Position numbers and translations under genes: made by a program
The notes under the pieces: generated by a model
Told to the model about the DNA's origin: nothing
Database searches by the model: none
What the model saw: only the letters and a program-made list of their open reading frames with translations
Part shown: positions 1-9,375 of the stretch, piece by piece
Layout: each line of letters starts with the position of its first letter
How positions within the stretch are numbered: the first letter of the stretch is position 1
DNA from: an uncultured Gemmatimonadales bacterium
GTDB taxonomy: Bacteria; Gemmatimonadota; Gemmatimonadetes; Gemmatimonadales; GWC2-71-9
DNA: 64,000 bases
Direction of reading: 5' to 3'
Assembly (NCBI GenBank): GCA_963695555.1
Contig: CAVOGR010000001.1
Coordinates: 768,001-832,000 of the forward strand

Positions 1-203
1 GATGGAAGGGCCGAGCGGGTTTTGGCCCGTCCGCGCAGGAGGCACTCCGCGCAGCTGTGCCGACCGCGGCCTTGGTCGTTCTCTTCGGACACCCCCGGCT
101 CGCGGCTCACGTTCCGGAAGGTCCGCCCATCCTGCTCGCGTGGCATCGCCAGCGGCCGTTGCAGAAGGCCGCCGGTCGCTGGATCCGCGAGCGGGTTCGG
201 TGA
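1..203 (+). CDS. 3' end of a gene, probably the C-terminal domain of a glycoside hydrolase family 3 (beta-N-acetylhexosaminidase-like) protein; partial
   Basis: Frame 3 reads WKGRAGFG...LVVLFGHPRLAAHVP...ILLAWHRQRPLQKAAGRWIRERVR* and resembles a GH3 C-terminal domain; its TGA overlaps the next GTG (GTGA). Not in the ORF track. Confidence 0.55.
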   Translation, partial: WKGRAGFGPSAQEALRAAVPTAALVVLFGHPRLAAHVPEGPPILLAWHRQRPLQKAAGRWIRERVR

Positions 204-1825
204 CGGCACTCGATTGGAGCGTGGTTGCCGCCTACCTGGGCGGCACGTTGTTCCTTGGGCTCTGGCTCGCCCGGCGCGGCACCAAGAGCATGGTCGATTT
301 CTTCGTGGGTGGGCGGGCCATTCCTTGGTGGCTCGCGGCCACGTCCATGGCGGCGACGACCTTCAATGTCGATACCCCGCTGTATGTGGCGGGTGTGGTT
401 GCCCGACGAGGTGTCGCCGGCAACTGGGAGTGGTGGAGCTTCGCCTTCGCGCACGTTCTCCTTGCCGTTCTGCTCAGCAAGCTCTGGCGGCGGGCCAATG
501 TTCTCACCGACATGGAGCTCACGGAACTCCGCTACGGCGGGAAGCCGGCGGCGGCACTCCGCGCGGCCCGCGCATTTCTGTTTGCCGTTCCCTTCAATTG
601 CATATCGATTGGCTACGGGATGCTGGCCATGCGGAAGGTCATGGTCGGATTGGGGGTGTTCGATCATTTGCCGAACCTCCCGGGCGATGACCGTCTCTGG
701 GCCATTATGCCGATTGTGCTCGTCGTCCTGGTCTACACGGCTGCATCGGGGCTCTGGGGTGTGGTCGCGACCGATTTTCTCCAGTTCTTCCTGGCGCTGG
801 GTGGCGCGCTGTTGGTCATGGGTTTCGCGCTGGTCGAGGTGGGTGGGCTCGGAGGGTTGACCGACAGCCTGCGCGCCATGGGCGAGGGCGAGAAACTCTC
901 GCTCGTTCCCGTTGGTCAGGACGCATTGCTCCCGATCTCGACATTTGTAGGCTATCTGTGCATCCAGTGGTGGTCGTTTCGAAACGCGGATGGCGGCGGG
1001 ATGTTCGTCCAACGGCTTTCCGCGACGGCCAACGAACGTGAAGCGACCAAGGCGGCCCATGCCTTCAACATCCTGAATTATCTGATCCGGACCTGGCCCT
1101 GGGTCTTGGTGGGGTTGGCGGCGCTGGTCGTGCTTCCGGGTCTCGAGGATCCCGAGCTTGCCTATCCGCTCCTGATGGTCCGCTACCTCCCGGCCGGCGT
1201 GCTGGGTCTGGTACTGGCGAGCCTCGTGGCCGCGTTCATGTCAACGGTTTCCACGCAGGTCAATTGGGGTGCGAGCTACCTGGTCCACGACCTCTATGCG
1301 CGATTCAGCGGCCAGCGCGACGAGGCGAGGCTGATCCTGTTGGCGCGGGTGGCCACCGTCCTGCTCACCATCACCGCTGCGACTGTCTCCTTCTTCATGG
1401 ACAACGTAGGCACCGTGTTCCGGTTCGTGATCCTCATCGGCACCGGGCCGGGCACAGTGCTTCTGCTGAGGTGGTTCTGGTGGCGGGTCAATGCGTGGAC
1501 CGAGATATCCGCCATGGTGGCCGGGCTCGCGGTGGCGATCGGCTCGTTGTTCGTCACCCTGACCTTCGGGCAGCGACTCATGGTCACGACCTTTGGTTCC
1601 ATGGCCGTCTGGATTCCGGTGATGTTGCTCACCCGGCCCGAGCCGGCCGAGGTGCTCGACCGCTTCTATGCCCGCGTGAGGCCGGGCGGCGCCTGGGGGC
1701 CCGTCCGGTCACGCACCGGCCTCACGGCGCTCGACAACCTCGCGCGCGATGCCGGGCGCTGGGTGGTATGGGTGACCGTGATATTGGGTGGGACGCTGGC
1801 AGTGGGCTGGTTGCTCCTGGCCTAG
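200..1825 (+). CDS. sodium:solute symporter (SSF family)
   Basis: Many TM helices; DFFVGGRAIPWW, SMAATTF and AAFMST motifs; GTG start at 200 coupled to the upstream stop. Confidence 0.9.
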   Translation: MTALDWSVVAAYLGGTLFLGLWLARRGTKSMVDFFVGGRAIPWWLAATSMAATTFNVDTPLYVAGVVARRGVAGNWEWWSFAFAHVLLAVLLSKLWRRANVLTDMELTELRYGGKPAAALRAARAFLFAVPFNCISIGYGMLAMRKVMVGLGVFDHLPNLPGDDRLWAIMPIVLVVLVYTAASGLWGVVATDFLQFFLALGGALLVMGFALVEVGGLGGLTDSLRAMGEGEKLSLVPVGQDALLPISTFVGYLCIQWWSFRNADGGGMFVQRLSATANEREATKAAHAFNILNYLIRTWPWVLVGLAALVVLPGLEDPELAYPLLMVRYLPAGVLGLVLASLVAAFMSTVSTQVNWGASYLVHDLYARFSGQRDEARLILLARVATVLLTITAATVSFFMDNVGTVFRFVILIGTGPGTVLLLRWFWWRVNAWTEISAMVAGLAVAIGSLFVTLTFGQRLMVTTFGSMAVWIPVMLLTRPEPAEVLDRFYARVRPGGAWGPVRSRTGLTALDNLARDAGRWVVWVTVILGGTLAVGWLLLA

Positions 1826-1849
1826 CAGGAGCCGCCCGGCACGCGTGTG

Positions 1850-3286
1850 TCAGGGCATCCCGTCGAGGAGTTCGAGGGCATACACGATCGGAACGCTGTA
1901 GAGGATCCGCCCTCGACCACCCGCCTGGCTTCCGTAAACGAGACCCACCACGCTCCCGGTGCGATCGAACACCGGACTCCCACTCGATCCTTCGACGCCA
2001 AACCCGTCGAATTGGATGAGAGTCTGGAGGACCCGCGTCACGGACCCGGGTGATGCCGTCGCGGTGATGCCGACTTGCTCCCACTCGCCCCCCATCGGGA
2101 GGTCGAAGCCCAACGGGTAGCCGATAGTCGCCACCGCGTCCCCGACCGCCACCGGCGGCTCGCGCCATTGGAGCGATGCGACTGCCGGAACGGCACCCCG
2201 CGCGCTCGTCCGAAGCAGGGCGATATCGACGTCGGGGTGGACCGCCACCACCTCGAGGTGCAGGGCACGAGTCGAGCCCTCGAACACGATGTCCAAGGTT
2301 TCCGCCGGTGAGCCATCGATTCCGAGGACCACGTGTTTGGTGGTCAATACCAAACCCTCGATCCGGTCCGACCTGATGCCGAAGCCCGTGCCCGTGACCC
2401 TGGTGCCACCGGGGAACGCGGCCAGCACGATCCCAATCGCCGCCTGGTTGGCCTTCGCGATGGCTTCCAGGTCCAACGCGGCGGCCAGCGTGAGCTGCCG
2501 CTGGAGCGCGAGCGCATCCTCGAGCCGGCGACGGAGCAGCATGACGTCTTCCGGGTCCTGGTCCGGTCGGCTCACGGAGTCGCGCAACTGTGCGGCCTCT
2601 GCCTGCACCGAGTCGAATCGGCCGCGGAGCGTTTCCATGTTGATGGTGAGCGATCCCATCTCCTGCATGAGGCTATCCGCGCGGGCCAAGAAGGTTTGGC
2701 GATCGGCCTCGAAGCGCACATTCTGGCTGACGCGCTGCCATACCAAGGCGGACACCGACAACGCCGCAACGGCGGCGGCCGCATACGTCACGCGGCGCAG
2801 CGGGGCCGTCTGGCGTGCGACTTCGGCACGAATGCGCGTGTGCGTTCCTGGGGTCGGGCGCCACCGGGGGAGCGCGTAGGATGGGGTCGCGTGTCCCCGG
2901 CGCGCGGGTGAGCGCTGGCGCATTCGCACCGGAGGGACGGCGAGTCGGACGCTTCCAGGGTGGTGGTCGGCGGGCTCTCGCACGATCTCGAACCTGACGC
3001 GCGGGCCTCTCGCGCCGAACTGGATGACGTCCTCGTCGGCCAGCAGGTGGTCGGCCGTGAGACGGACACCATTGACGAACGTTCCGTTCACGCTCCCCGC
3101 ATCCCGTAAGACGAAGAAGCTACCTCGTTGAAAGATGGTCGCGTGATGACCCGAGACCTGGAGGTCCGATTCGGGATGGAAGCGGAGATCGGAAGACGGC
3201 TGGCGGCCCACGCTGAGATAAGCACCGTCCAACGTCGTGCTCTCGCCCGAGAGGCCACCGGAGAGAAACGTGAAGCGGGCGCGCAT
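1850..3286 (-). CDS. FHA domain + TM + coiled coil + trypsin-like serine protease
   Basis: FHA motifs (VGRQPS, VSGHHA, GSVNGTFVNG); protease triad TTKHVV / VDIALL / GSSGSPV; ATG overlaps the PP2C stop (TAATG). Confidence 0.85.
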   Translation of the reverse strand: MRARFTFLSGGLSGESTTLDGAYLSVGRQPSSDLRFHPESDLQVSGHHATIFQRGSFFVLRDAGSVNGTFVNGVRLTADHLLADEDVIQFGARGPRVRFEIVREPADHHPGSVRLAVPPVRMRQRSPARRGHATPSYALPRWRPTPGTHTRIRAEVARQTAPLRRVTYAAAAVAALSVSALVWQRVSQNVRFEADRQTFLARADSLMQEMGSLTINMETLRGRFDSVQAEAAQLRDSVSRPDQDPEDVMLLRRRLEDALALQRQLTLAAALDLEAIAKANQAAIGIVLAAFPGGTRVTGTGFGIRSDRIEGLVLTTKHVVLGIDGSPAETLDIVFEGSTRALHLEVVAVHPDVDIALLRTSARGAVPAVASLQWREPPVAVGDAVATIGYPLGFDLPMGGEWEQVGITATASPGSVTRVLQTLIQFDGFGVEGSSGSPVFDRTGSVVGLVYGSQAGGRGRILYSVPIVYALELLDGMP

Positions 3287-4332
3287 TATCGGAGAACCAG
3301 CAGCACGATGGCAATCAGGGCCAAGATGAGACCGACCCACATAAACGAAATCGCCGAACGACGCGGGCTGAGCACCGGCTCGGGCTCGTCGATCACGGCG
3401 GGATGCTCCTCGGTCTCGATGTCGTCCTCGCCTTCCAGCTCGAAGACTTTTCGGCCGGCTGGCGATCCCTCATCCGCCGCGGGCAGACCCTCCCCGCTCA
3501 AACGCACCACGACGACCGTGATGTTGTCGGGCCCGCCGCGCTCGTTGGCTCGCGCGATCAGGGTTGTGCACGCCTGGGCCAGGTCGGGATGCGCTCCGAT
3601 CACTTCCGCTATCTCTTCCGGCTTGACTTGTCCGCTCAGCCCGTCGGAGCACAACACGAGTGTGTCCTCGCGCCGCAGGTCCTGATACGTGAGATCGACC
3701 GTGATGCGAGGCTCCGGGCCGAGCGCCTGAAGAATGATGTTCTTGCGCTGACTGTCTTCCGCTTCTTGCTCCGTGAGCTCGCCGGCGTCGACCAATCGCT
3801 GCATCAAGGACTGGTCCTTGGTGAGTTGGGTGGTCTGGCCACGACGAATCAGATAGGCACGGCTGTCGCCCACCTGGGCCAGATACAGGCTCTGGCCCAG
3901 AATACCGACCACCGTGGCGGTGGTTCCCATGCCACGCACGTCGGGATTCTCGCGCGCATGCCCGTGGATACGGTGATTGGCGAGCTCGAGCGCCTCGCGC
4001 ATGCGGTAGGCGAAACGTTGGGCCGAGGCCTCGTTGTCGGTGGGCCACACGCTCGACATGTGCTCGTAGATGGCCTCCGCGGCCATCGCGCTCGCGAGTT
4101 CGCCTGCCGCTGCCCCACCCATGCCGTCGGCCACGACACAAAGCGAGCCACGGGGCCCGAGTTCATGCTCGCGAACCTCGGGTTTGAGGCTCGCTGACGG
4201 GGCGCTCAGGTTGGCTACCAGAAACGTGTCTTCGTTATGGTCGCGCGTGCGGCCCAAGTCGGTCTTGCCGAAGACCGAGACATGGACCGCTCCCGGTGTG
4301 GGCCCAGGATCGGGATCGCGCTGGCGGGACAC
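3286..4332 (-). CDS. PP2C/PPM-family Ser/Thr protein phosphatase with C-terminal TM anchor
   Basis: GRTRDHNED, VADGMGG, VGDSRAY, LCSDGL, GGPDNIT motifs; hydrophobic C-terminus. Confidence 0.93.
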   Translation of the reverse strand: MSRQRDPDPGPTPGAVHVSVFGKTDLGRTRDHNEDTFLVANLSAPSASLKPEVREHELGPRGSLCVVADGMGGAAAGELASAMAAEAIYEHMSSVWPTDNEASAQRFAYRMREALELANHRIHGHARENPDVRGMGTTATVVGILGQSLYLAQVGDSRAYLIRRGQTTQLTKDQSLMQRLVDAGELTEQEAEDSQRKNIILQALGPEPRITVDLTYQDLRREDTLVLCSDGLSGQVKPEEIAEVIGAHPDLAQACTTLIARANERGGPDNITVVVVRLSGEGLPAADEGSPAGRKVFELEGEDDIETEEHPAVIDEPEPVLSPRRSAISFMWVGLILALIAIVLLVLR

Positions 4333-4496
4333 GACCTCAGCGCCTTCCGTGACCGGGAGAGTTGATGCGCATCGGAATGGCTACGCGAGTGGCGTCGGGC
4401 ACCACGGGCGGGACCTCGGCAAGGAACGGAAGACCTGCCTGGTGGTCTAAGATGGTGGTGGGGGCGCTATTCGATTCCACAGCCGTAGCGTAGCGA

Positions 4497-4628
4497 GGGA
4501 GCGGCCCCGAGGCTAGGCCCCGACTTCGGCCGTCCCGACCTTGCGGGTCGCCGACAGGTGGTTCCGTGCCTGTGGCTCGATTGGGTTTCACATGACCTCC
4601 GGGGCCTCGAGAGCCCGCGGCCGCTCTT
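4497..4628. other. nested inverted-repeat (multi-stem) element in the divergent intergenic region; possible structured ncRNA
   Basis: GAGCGGCC(4499-4506)/GGCCGCTC(4619-4626) and AGGCCCCG(4515-4522)/CGGGGCCT(4600-4607); internal hairpins CGACC..GGTCG and ACAGG..CCTGT. Confidence 0.35.
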
Positions 4629-4730
4629 TGACGGTGATCCCTGCGCCGGGGCGACAATTTAGGGCTCGCACGCCGGAGCGTCAACCTATCACGTAGCGTA
4701 AGTCCTAGTCCTTGCTTACCTTGTGGACTC

Positions 4731-6767
4731 ATGACCCATTCGCGTGCACTGGCAGCCCTGACTATCGTACTTGCGGGTTGCGCCTCCTCGCAATCCACGC
4801 TGACCCCGCCTCCGGCGCTGACGCCATTGCCGCAGCCCTCGGCGGGCCTCGCACCGGTGAGCCTCGCGGCGTTGGAGGACCGGCTCCCGCGAGTACCGGT
4901 TGTAAAGGGTCCGATTGCGCTCCGCGTGATCTATCCCACTCTCCAGGACCGGGTGGTCGCCGGCGACTCCAGTTTCATCTTTGGCTCGACCGGCACCGGC
5001 GACGCGTCGCTGACCATCAACGGTAATCCGGTGCCGGTCTGGCCGAACGGCGCCTGGCTCGCCTGGATTCCCTTTCCGCCCGACAGTGTGATGCGGTTCG
5101 AGCTCTTCGCCAAGACAGCGACAGACTCCGCCCGCCTCGAGTATGTCGCGCGCCGGAGGCCCGCCTTCATTCCTCCCAGAACGGCACCCTGGATCGATTC
5201 CCGCTCGATTTCTCCGCAGGGCGCGGTGTGGTGGCCGCAGCAGGAGCCGCTCCTCGTCTCGGTACGCGCGTCTGAAGGATCGGCTGTCGCTATCAGGCTG
5301 GCGGACGGTCGACGCATTTCCCTGATGCCGGATCCCAGGTTGGCCGACCTTGCCTGGGGTATTCGGGCGTTCGATCGCGACACCATGAACCTGCGGCCGC
5401 GACTCGAGGCCGACCGCTACGTGGGATCGATTACGGGGGAGACGATTGGTGGAGACCCAGGACCGATGGTGGGTCCGACCCCGGCTACCGGCCGGTGTCC
5501 GCATCATTCCCCGGGCCGGGCGTGCCCGATGGCACGGCGTGATACCGCGACGCCCGTCATGCCCGTGATCGAAGTCATTCACGGTAGCGATACCGTGTCG
5601 GTCCCCTGGCCGGTGCAGATCAGGCCGCTCGATGATGCAGTGCTGGTGGAGTTCGACGACGACACCGCCAGGGTTGGCGACACCGATAGCCTGACCGTCG
5701 GGCGCGCGGCGCCCGGTGCCACGTACCACTGGTTCTTCCCGACCGGGACGCGTGCGGCCGCCGTGGGCCGGATCAATAGCATGCTGCGCCTACGTCTTTC
5801 GCGCGGCGCCGACGCCTGGGTTGCGGTGGAGGACGCACAGCCGCTACCCCCGGGCCGGACCTCGCTCCACGCTCGTGTCGGGTCCATGACACTGTTTCCG
5901 GAAGCGAGTAAAGTGACCGCTCGCATCCCGCTCAGCGATCGGGTGCCGTTTCGGGTCAGTGAGACCGAATCGGACATTGTCATCAAGTTCTATGGCGCGT
6001 ACGGCGACATTGATTGGATACGCTACGGTGGAACCGATCCGCTGGTTGCGCACGTCGATTGGGAGCAATCGTTGGCGGATGAGGTAACGATCATATTTCG
6101 GCTGGCGCAGCCGGTCTGGGGCTATCGGGCCCGGTGGAACGGCAACGACCTTCTGCTGGAGATACGCCGCCCTCCCACGATCGATCAGTCGCACCCGTTG
6201 CGCGGGCGGCTCGTGCTGGTCGACCCGGGGCATCCACCTGCCGGGGCGACGGGCCCGACGGGGTTCCGGGAGGCCGAAGCCAATCTCGCGGTCGCGCGCC
6301 ACCTGAAGGCGCTGTTGGAAGGGGACGGGGCGACGGTGGTCATGTCACGGACCACCGATAGCGCCGTCAGTTTGTGGGAGCGGGTAGCGCTCGCGGATGC
6401 GATCGACGCCGAGCTGCTGATTTCTATCCACAACAACGCCCTGCCCGACGGGGTGAACCCGTTCACCAACAACGGCACGAGCGTGTTCTACAACCATCCG
6501 CGGAGCATCCCGCTCGCCTTCGCAATCCAGCGCGAGCTGGTCAGCGAGCTTGGACTGCCCAACCTAGGCGTCGGCCGTGGAGACTTGGCGCTGGTGCGGC
6601 CAACCTGGATGCCCGCCGTCTTGACCGAGGGGCTCTTCATGATGCTTCCGCGACAGGAAGCCGCGCTCCGGTCCGACGAAGGACAGCGACTCTATGCGCG
6701 GGGCGTGTTCGAGGGGATCAAGGCCTTCTTGAAGGAGCGGGCCAAGGAGAGTAGGCCGCCAGGGTAA
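4731..6767 (+). CDS. N-acetylmuramoyl-L-alanine amidase (Amidase_3), lipoprotein
   Basis: Lipobox LAGC; VDPGH, EAEANL, ISIHNNA and VLTEG Zn-amidase motifs at the C-terminus. Confidence 0.9.
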   Translation: MTHSRALAALTIVLAGCASSQSTLTPPPALTPLPQPSAGLAPVSLAALEDRLPRVPVVKGPIALRVIYPTLQDRVVAGDSSFIFGSTGTGDASLTINGNPVPVWPNGAWLAWIPFPPDSVMRFELFAKTATDSARLEYVARRRPAFIPPRTAPWIDSRSISPQGAVWWPQQEPLLVSVRASEGSAVAIRLADGRRISLMPDPRLADLAWGIRAFDRDTMNLRPRLEADRYVGSITGETIGGDPGPMVGPTPATGRCPHHSPGRACPMARRDTATPVMPVIEVIHGSDTVSVPWPVQIRPLDDAVLVEFDDDTARVGDTDSLTVGRAAPGATYHWFFPTGTRAAAVGRINSMLRLRLSRGADAWVAVEDAQPLPPGRTSLHARVGSMTLFPEASKVTARIPLSDRVPFRVSETESDIVIKFYGAYGDIDWIRYGGTDPLVAHVDWEQSLADEVTIIFRLAQPVWGYRARWNGNDLLLEIRRPPTIDQSHPLRGRLVLVDPGHPPAGATGPTGFREAEANLAVARHLKALLEGDGATVVMSRTTDSAVSLWERVALADAIDAELLISIHNNALPDGVNPFTNNGTSVFYNHPRSIPLAFAIQRELVSELGLPNLGVGRGDLALVRPTWMPAVLTEGLFMMLPRQEAALRSDEGQRLYARGVFEGIKAFLKERAKESRPPG

Positions 6768-6827
6768 CCCCAGGGGTACGTGGAGATCTCTCCCGCTGTG
6801 TCGTCTCCATACCGGATGATGTTCACA

Positions 6828-9197
6828 ATGTCCCATCGATGGGTGCGCCGCCGGATCGTGCGATCGTGGCGCGGCAGCCGCATCACCGCGGCCGGTCGGG
6901 CCGTGCCCGCCTTCCTCATGCTGATTGTTGGGTCGGCCGCCGCGCAGAGCCCCTCGGATCGCGCGGCGATCGACCAATTCCGCGATTCGCTGGCGTTGTC
7001 CTCCGACGCCGAGGCGATCACCGCACTGGAAGAGCGATTGATCGAGGTCGCGAAACGCGATCGAGACAACCCGGTCATCCACCTCAAGCTCGGATTCCTC
7101 GGGCTTCGTCTCGGCCAACTTCAGGGTGTCTCGCATGGCCGTGACGGAACGGCCTTCGACGACGCAGCGGTCGAGTTCGAATGGGCCGCCGAGCTTGCGC
7201 CTGACTGGCCCTATTCCTGGTACGGCCTCGGCCTCGCGGAACTGGGCCTGAGCTACCTGCCGCAGACGGCCGCGGAGAATGTGCGTCAGCATCTCGGCAA
7301 GGACCACCGAACCAAGGCCGCCGATGCGCTCGCGAAAGCCGCTCAGGCCGACCCGGCTTATGTGCCCGCCATCGCTCTCCTCAGCGAAGTCACGCTTGCC
7401 CAGAAGATCAAGCCCAAGCGTGAGGAGGCCTTGGCGGCGGCTCGCCGGGCGGCTCAGTCGGCGGCGGGAACCAGCCCGACCGTCCACCTAGCCCGGGCAC
7501 GGCTCGAACGAGAAGTGGGGTCGAGCGACTCGGCGATCGTCGCACTCCAGGCCTACGTCGCGACCGGAGGCGATCCGGCGATCGCGCGATTCGAATCGGC
7601 CCAGGCCCTCTACGACCTTGGTCGCACCCGGGACGGGATGGACGCCTACTTCGACGGGGCCGGAAACATCGTCTCCACCGAGGCACGAAAGCTCTACCGC
7701 TCCGATATCGAGTGGGTTGCCGACAGCGCCGAGCTTGCCTCGTACGATCTCGAGGAGGTAGGCGCGCTCAGGGCATGGCTGACTCACTTTTGGACTCGGC
7801 GCGATGTGGCTGCCGGACGGCGCCCAGGTGAGCGGCTGGCCGAACACAGAAGTCGCCAGACCTACGCGGTGAGAACCTTCCGGCGAATCGGGAGTCTCGA
7901 GTTCCTGCCGGCCCTGTACGATCCGCCGGTCTCGACCTTCCTGCAGCCCGGCGTGGTCGTGCAGGGTCCCGGCGGGGACCAGCCTGCGGCGCCGCGGGGT
8001 GAGCCGGGCGAGACGCCGGGGCAGGGGGTCGTCGATCTGGCGCTCCGGCGCGGTGAGAACCCGGTCACGGCGGGAGCGTGTGGTAGCGAGCTGGTCGACG
8101 CCCGCGGCGTCATCTACGTACGACACGGCGACCCCGACCAGACCGCGTCCTATGCCGGCGAGGACGCGCGGCCGAATGTGTCGTGGCAATACGAGCGGCC
8201 CGGCGGGCCCCTCATGTTCCACTTCATGCAACCCATCGGGGCCAGCGACTACTGCCTGTACGTCCTGCCCGATTTGACACCGAACGTGTTGGCCTCGCGT
8301 GCGGGCCTCTACTCAGGCTTCCTGACCCTCGGGTCGCGGGCGTCGGTAGAGCGGGCAGCAACACGGGGGTGGCATGACATGGCCGTGGGTCTCACCACCG
8401 ATTCGTACACCCTTCGTTTCCGTCGGAATCTGGAGCCGGTAGCGCGCGCCTACGCGCTGAGCATGCCCGACGGCGGCGGGAACAGGCTCGTCGTGGCGTA
8501 CGCGATACCGGGCAAAGAGCTGGAGCCCGAATCTGAGGCGGTCCCCGTGACGTACCGCCTGCGAGTGCGCACTCTGGTGAGTACGGAGCGGGACAGCCTC
8601 ATCACCGCCAGCGATTCGACTCGGCTCGTGCGGCACCAGACACGCCTCGGTCGGGGCGAATACCTGACCGGACTCGTAGGGTTTCCGTTACCGGTCGGGC
8701 GCTACAACGTGCGGTTGGTTGTGAGCCAGGACGAGCGTGAAGCGGGTGGTTCCGCGGCCTTTCCTGCAATCGACCTACCGGACTTCAGTCGCCCGCGTCT
8801 GAGCCTGAGTGATTTGGTGCTTGGGCGCGACGGTTTGGGGCTCCGGATGCGGACCGGTGGTGGCACGGTGCCGGTTGATCCCCTCAACACCTACCCGGTT
8901 GGTGCCACGGTCGACGTGTACTACGAAATGACGGGAATGGCGTCCGGTTCTCAGTACCAAACGGATATCGAGTTGGTGCCCATCGAAAGCGGCGATGATG
9001 AAACGGCACTCGAACGCCGGGTTCCGGACATCACATTGAGCTTCAGCGAACTGACCGACGCGCCCATCGTTCGGGTAACCCGCCGTGTGGACCTGGGTGT
9101 GCTCCGAGCGGGTCAGTATCGTCTCAGGGTCCGGGTGACCGACCCATCGACCGGTACGAGTCGGCGTCAGGACGCCACAATTGCCGTGGTCGACTGA
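6828..9197 (+). CDS. secreted TPR + GWxTD-like domain protein, paralogue 1 (start uncertain)
   Basis: Signal peptide ending AAAQ; TPR-like helices; FWTRRD and DARGVIYVRHGDP motifs; beta-rich C-terminus (LSLSDLVLG, VYYE). Confidence 0.75.
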   Translation: MSHRWVRRRIVRSWRGSRITAAGRAVPAFLMLIVGSAAAQSPSDRAAIDQFRDSLALSSDAEAITALEERLIEVAKRDRDNPVIHLKLGFLGLRLGQLQGVSHGRDGTAFDDAAVEFEWAAELAPDWPYSWYGLGLAELGLSYLPQTAAENVRQHLGKDHRTKAADALAKAAQADPAYVPAIALLSEVTLAQKIKPKREEALAAARRAAQSAAGTSPTVHLARARLEREVGSSDSAIVALQAYVATGGDPAIARFESAQALYDLGRTRDGMDAYFDGAGNIVSTEARKLYRSDIEWVADSAELASYDLEEVGALRAWLTHFWTRRDVAAGRRPGERLAEHRSRQTYAVRTFRRIGSLEFLPALYDPPVSTFLQPGVVVQGPGGDQPAAPRGEPGETPGQGVVDLALRRGENPVTAGACGSELVDARGVIYVRHGDPDQTASYAGEDARPNVSWQYERPGGPLMFHFMQPIGASDYCLYVLPDLTPNVLASRAGLYSGFLTLGSRASVERAATRGWHDMAVGLTTDSYTLRFRRNLEPVARAYALSMPDGGGNRLVVAYAIPGKELEPESEAVPVTYRLRVRTLVSTERDSLITASDSTRLVRHQTRLGRGEYLTGLVGFPLPVGRYNVRLVVSQDEREAGGSAAFPAIDLPDFSRPRLSLSDLVLGRDGLGLRMRTGGGTVPVDPLNTYPVGATVDVYYEMTGMASGSQYQTDIELVPIESGDDETALERRVPDITLSFSELTDAPIVRVTRRVDLGVLRAGQYRLRVRVTDPSTGTSRRQDATIAVVD

Positions 9198-9375
9198 GCG
9201 GAGGGCACACGGCCCGCTGCATGTGCGCAGGTGATTGGCTCAGGCGTCCCTAGTCGTGGACCCGCGAGGATCTTGGTGCTATACCTTATAGGGGTCGAAC
9301 GCACGGGGCGGTCGGGATATTGCTGTGGCCCAGCCCGCCAACCGTTCTGACGCGCCGCGAGAAATGCCAGTACGC

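Noticed and set aside
2..199. N-terminal 66 aa of ORF 2..1825
   Set aside because: It overlaps the 3' end of the upstream gene in another frame; the real start is GTG 200.
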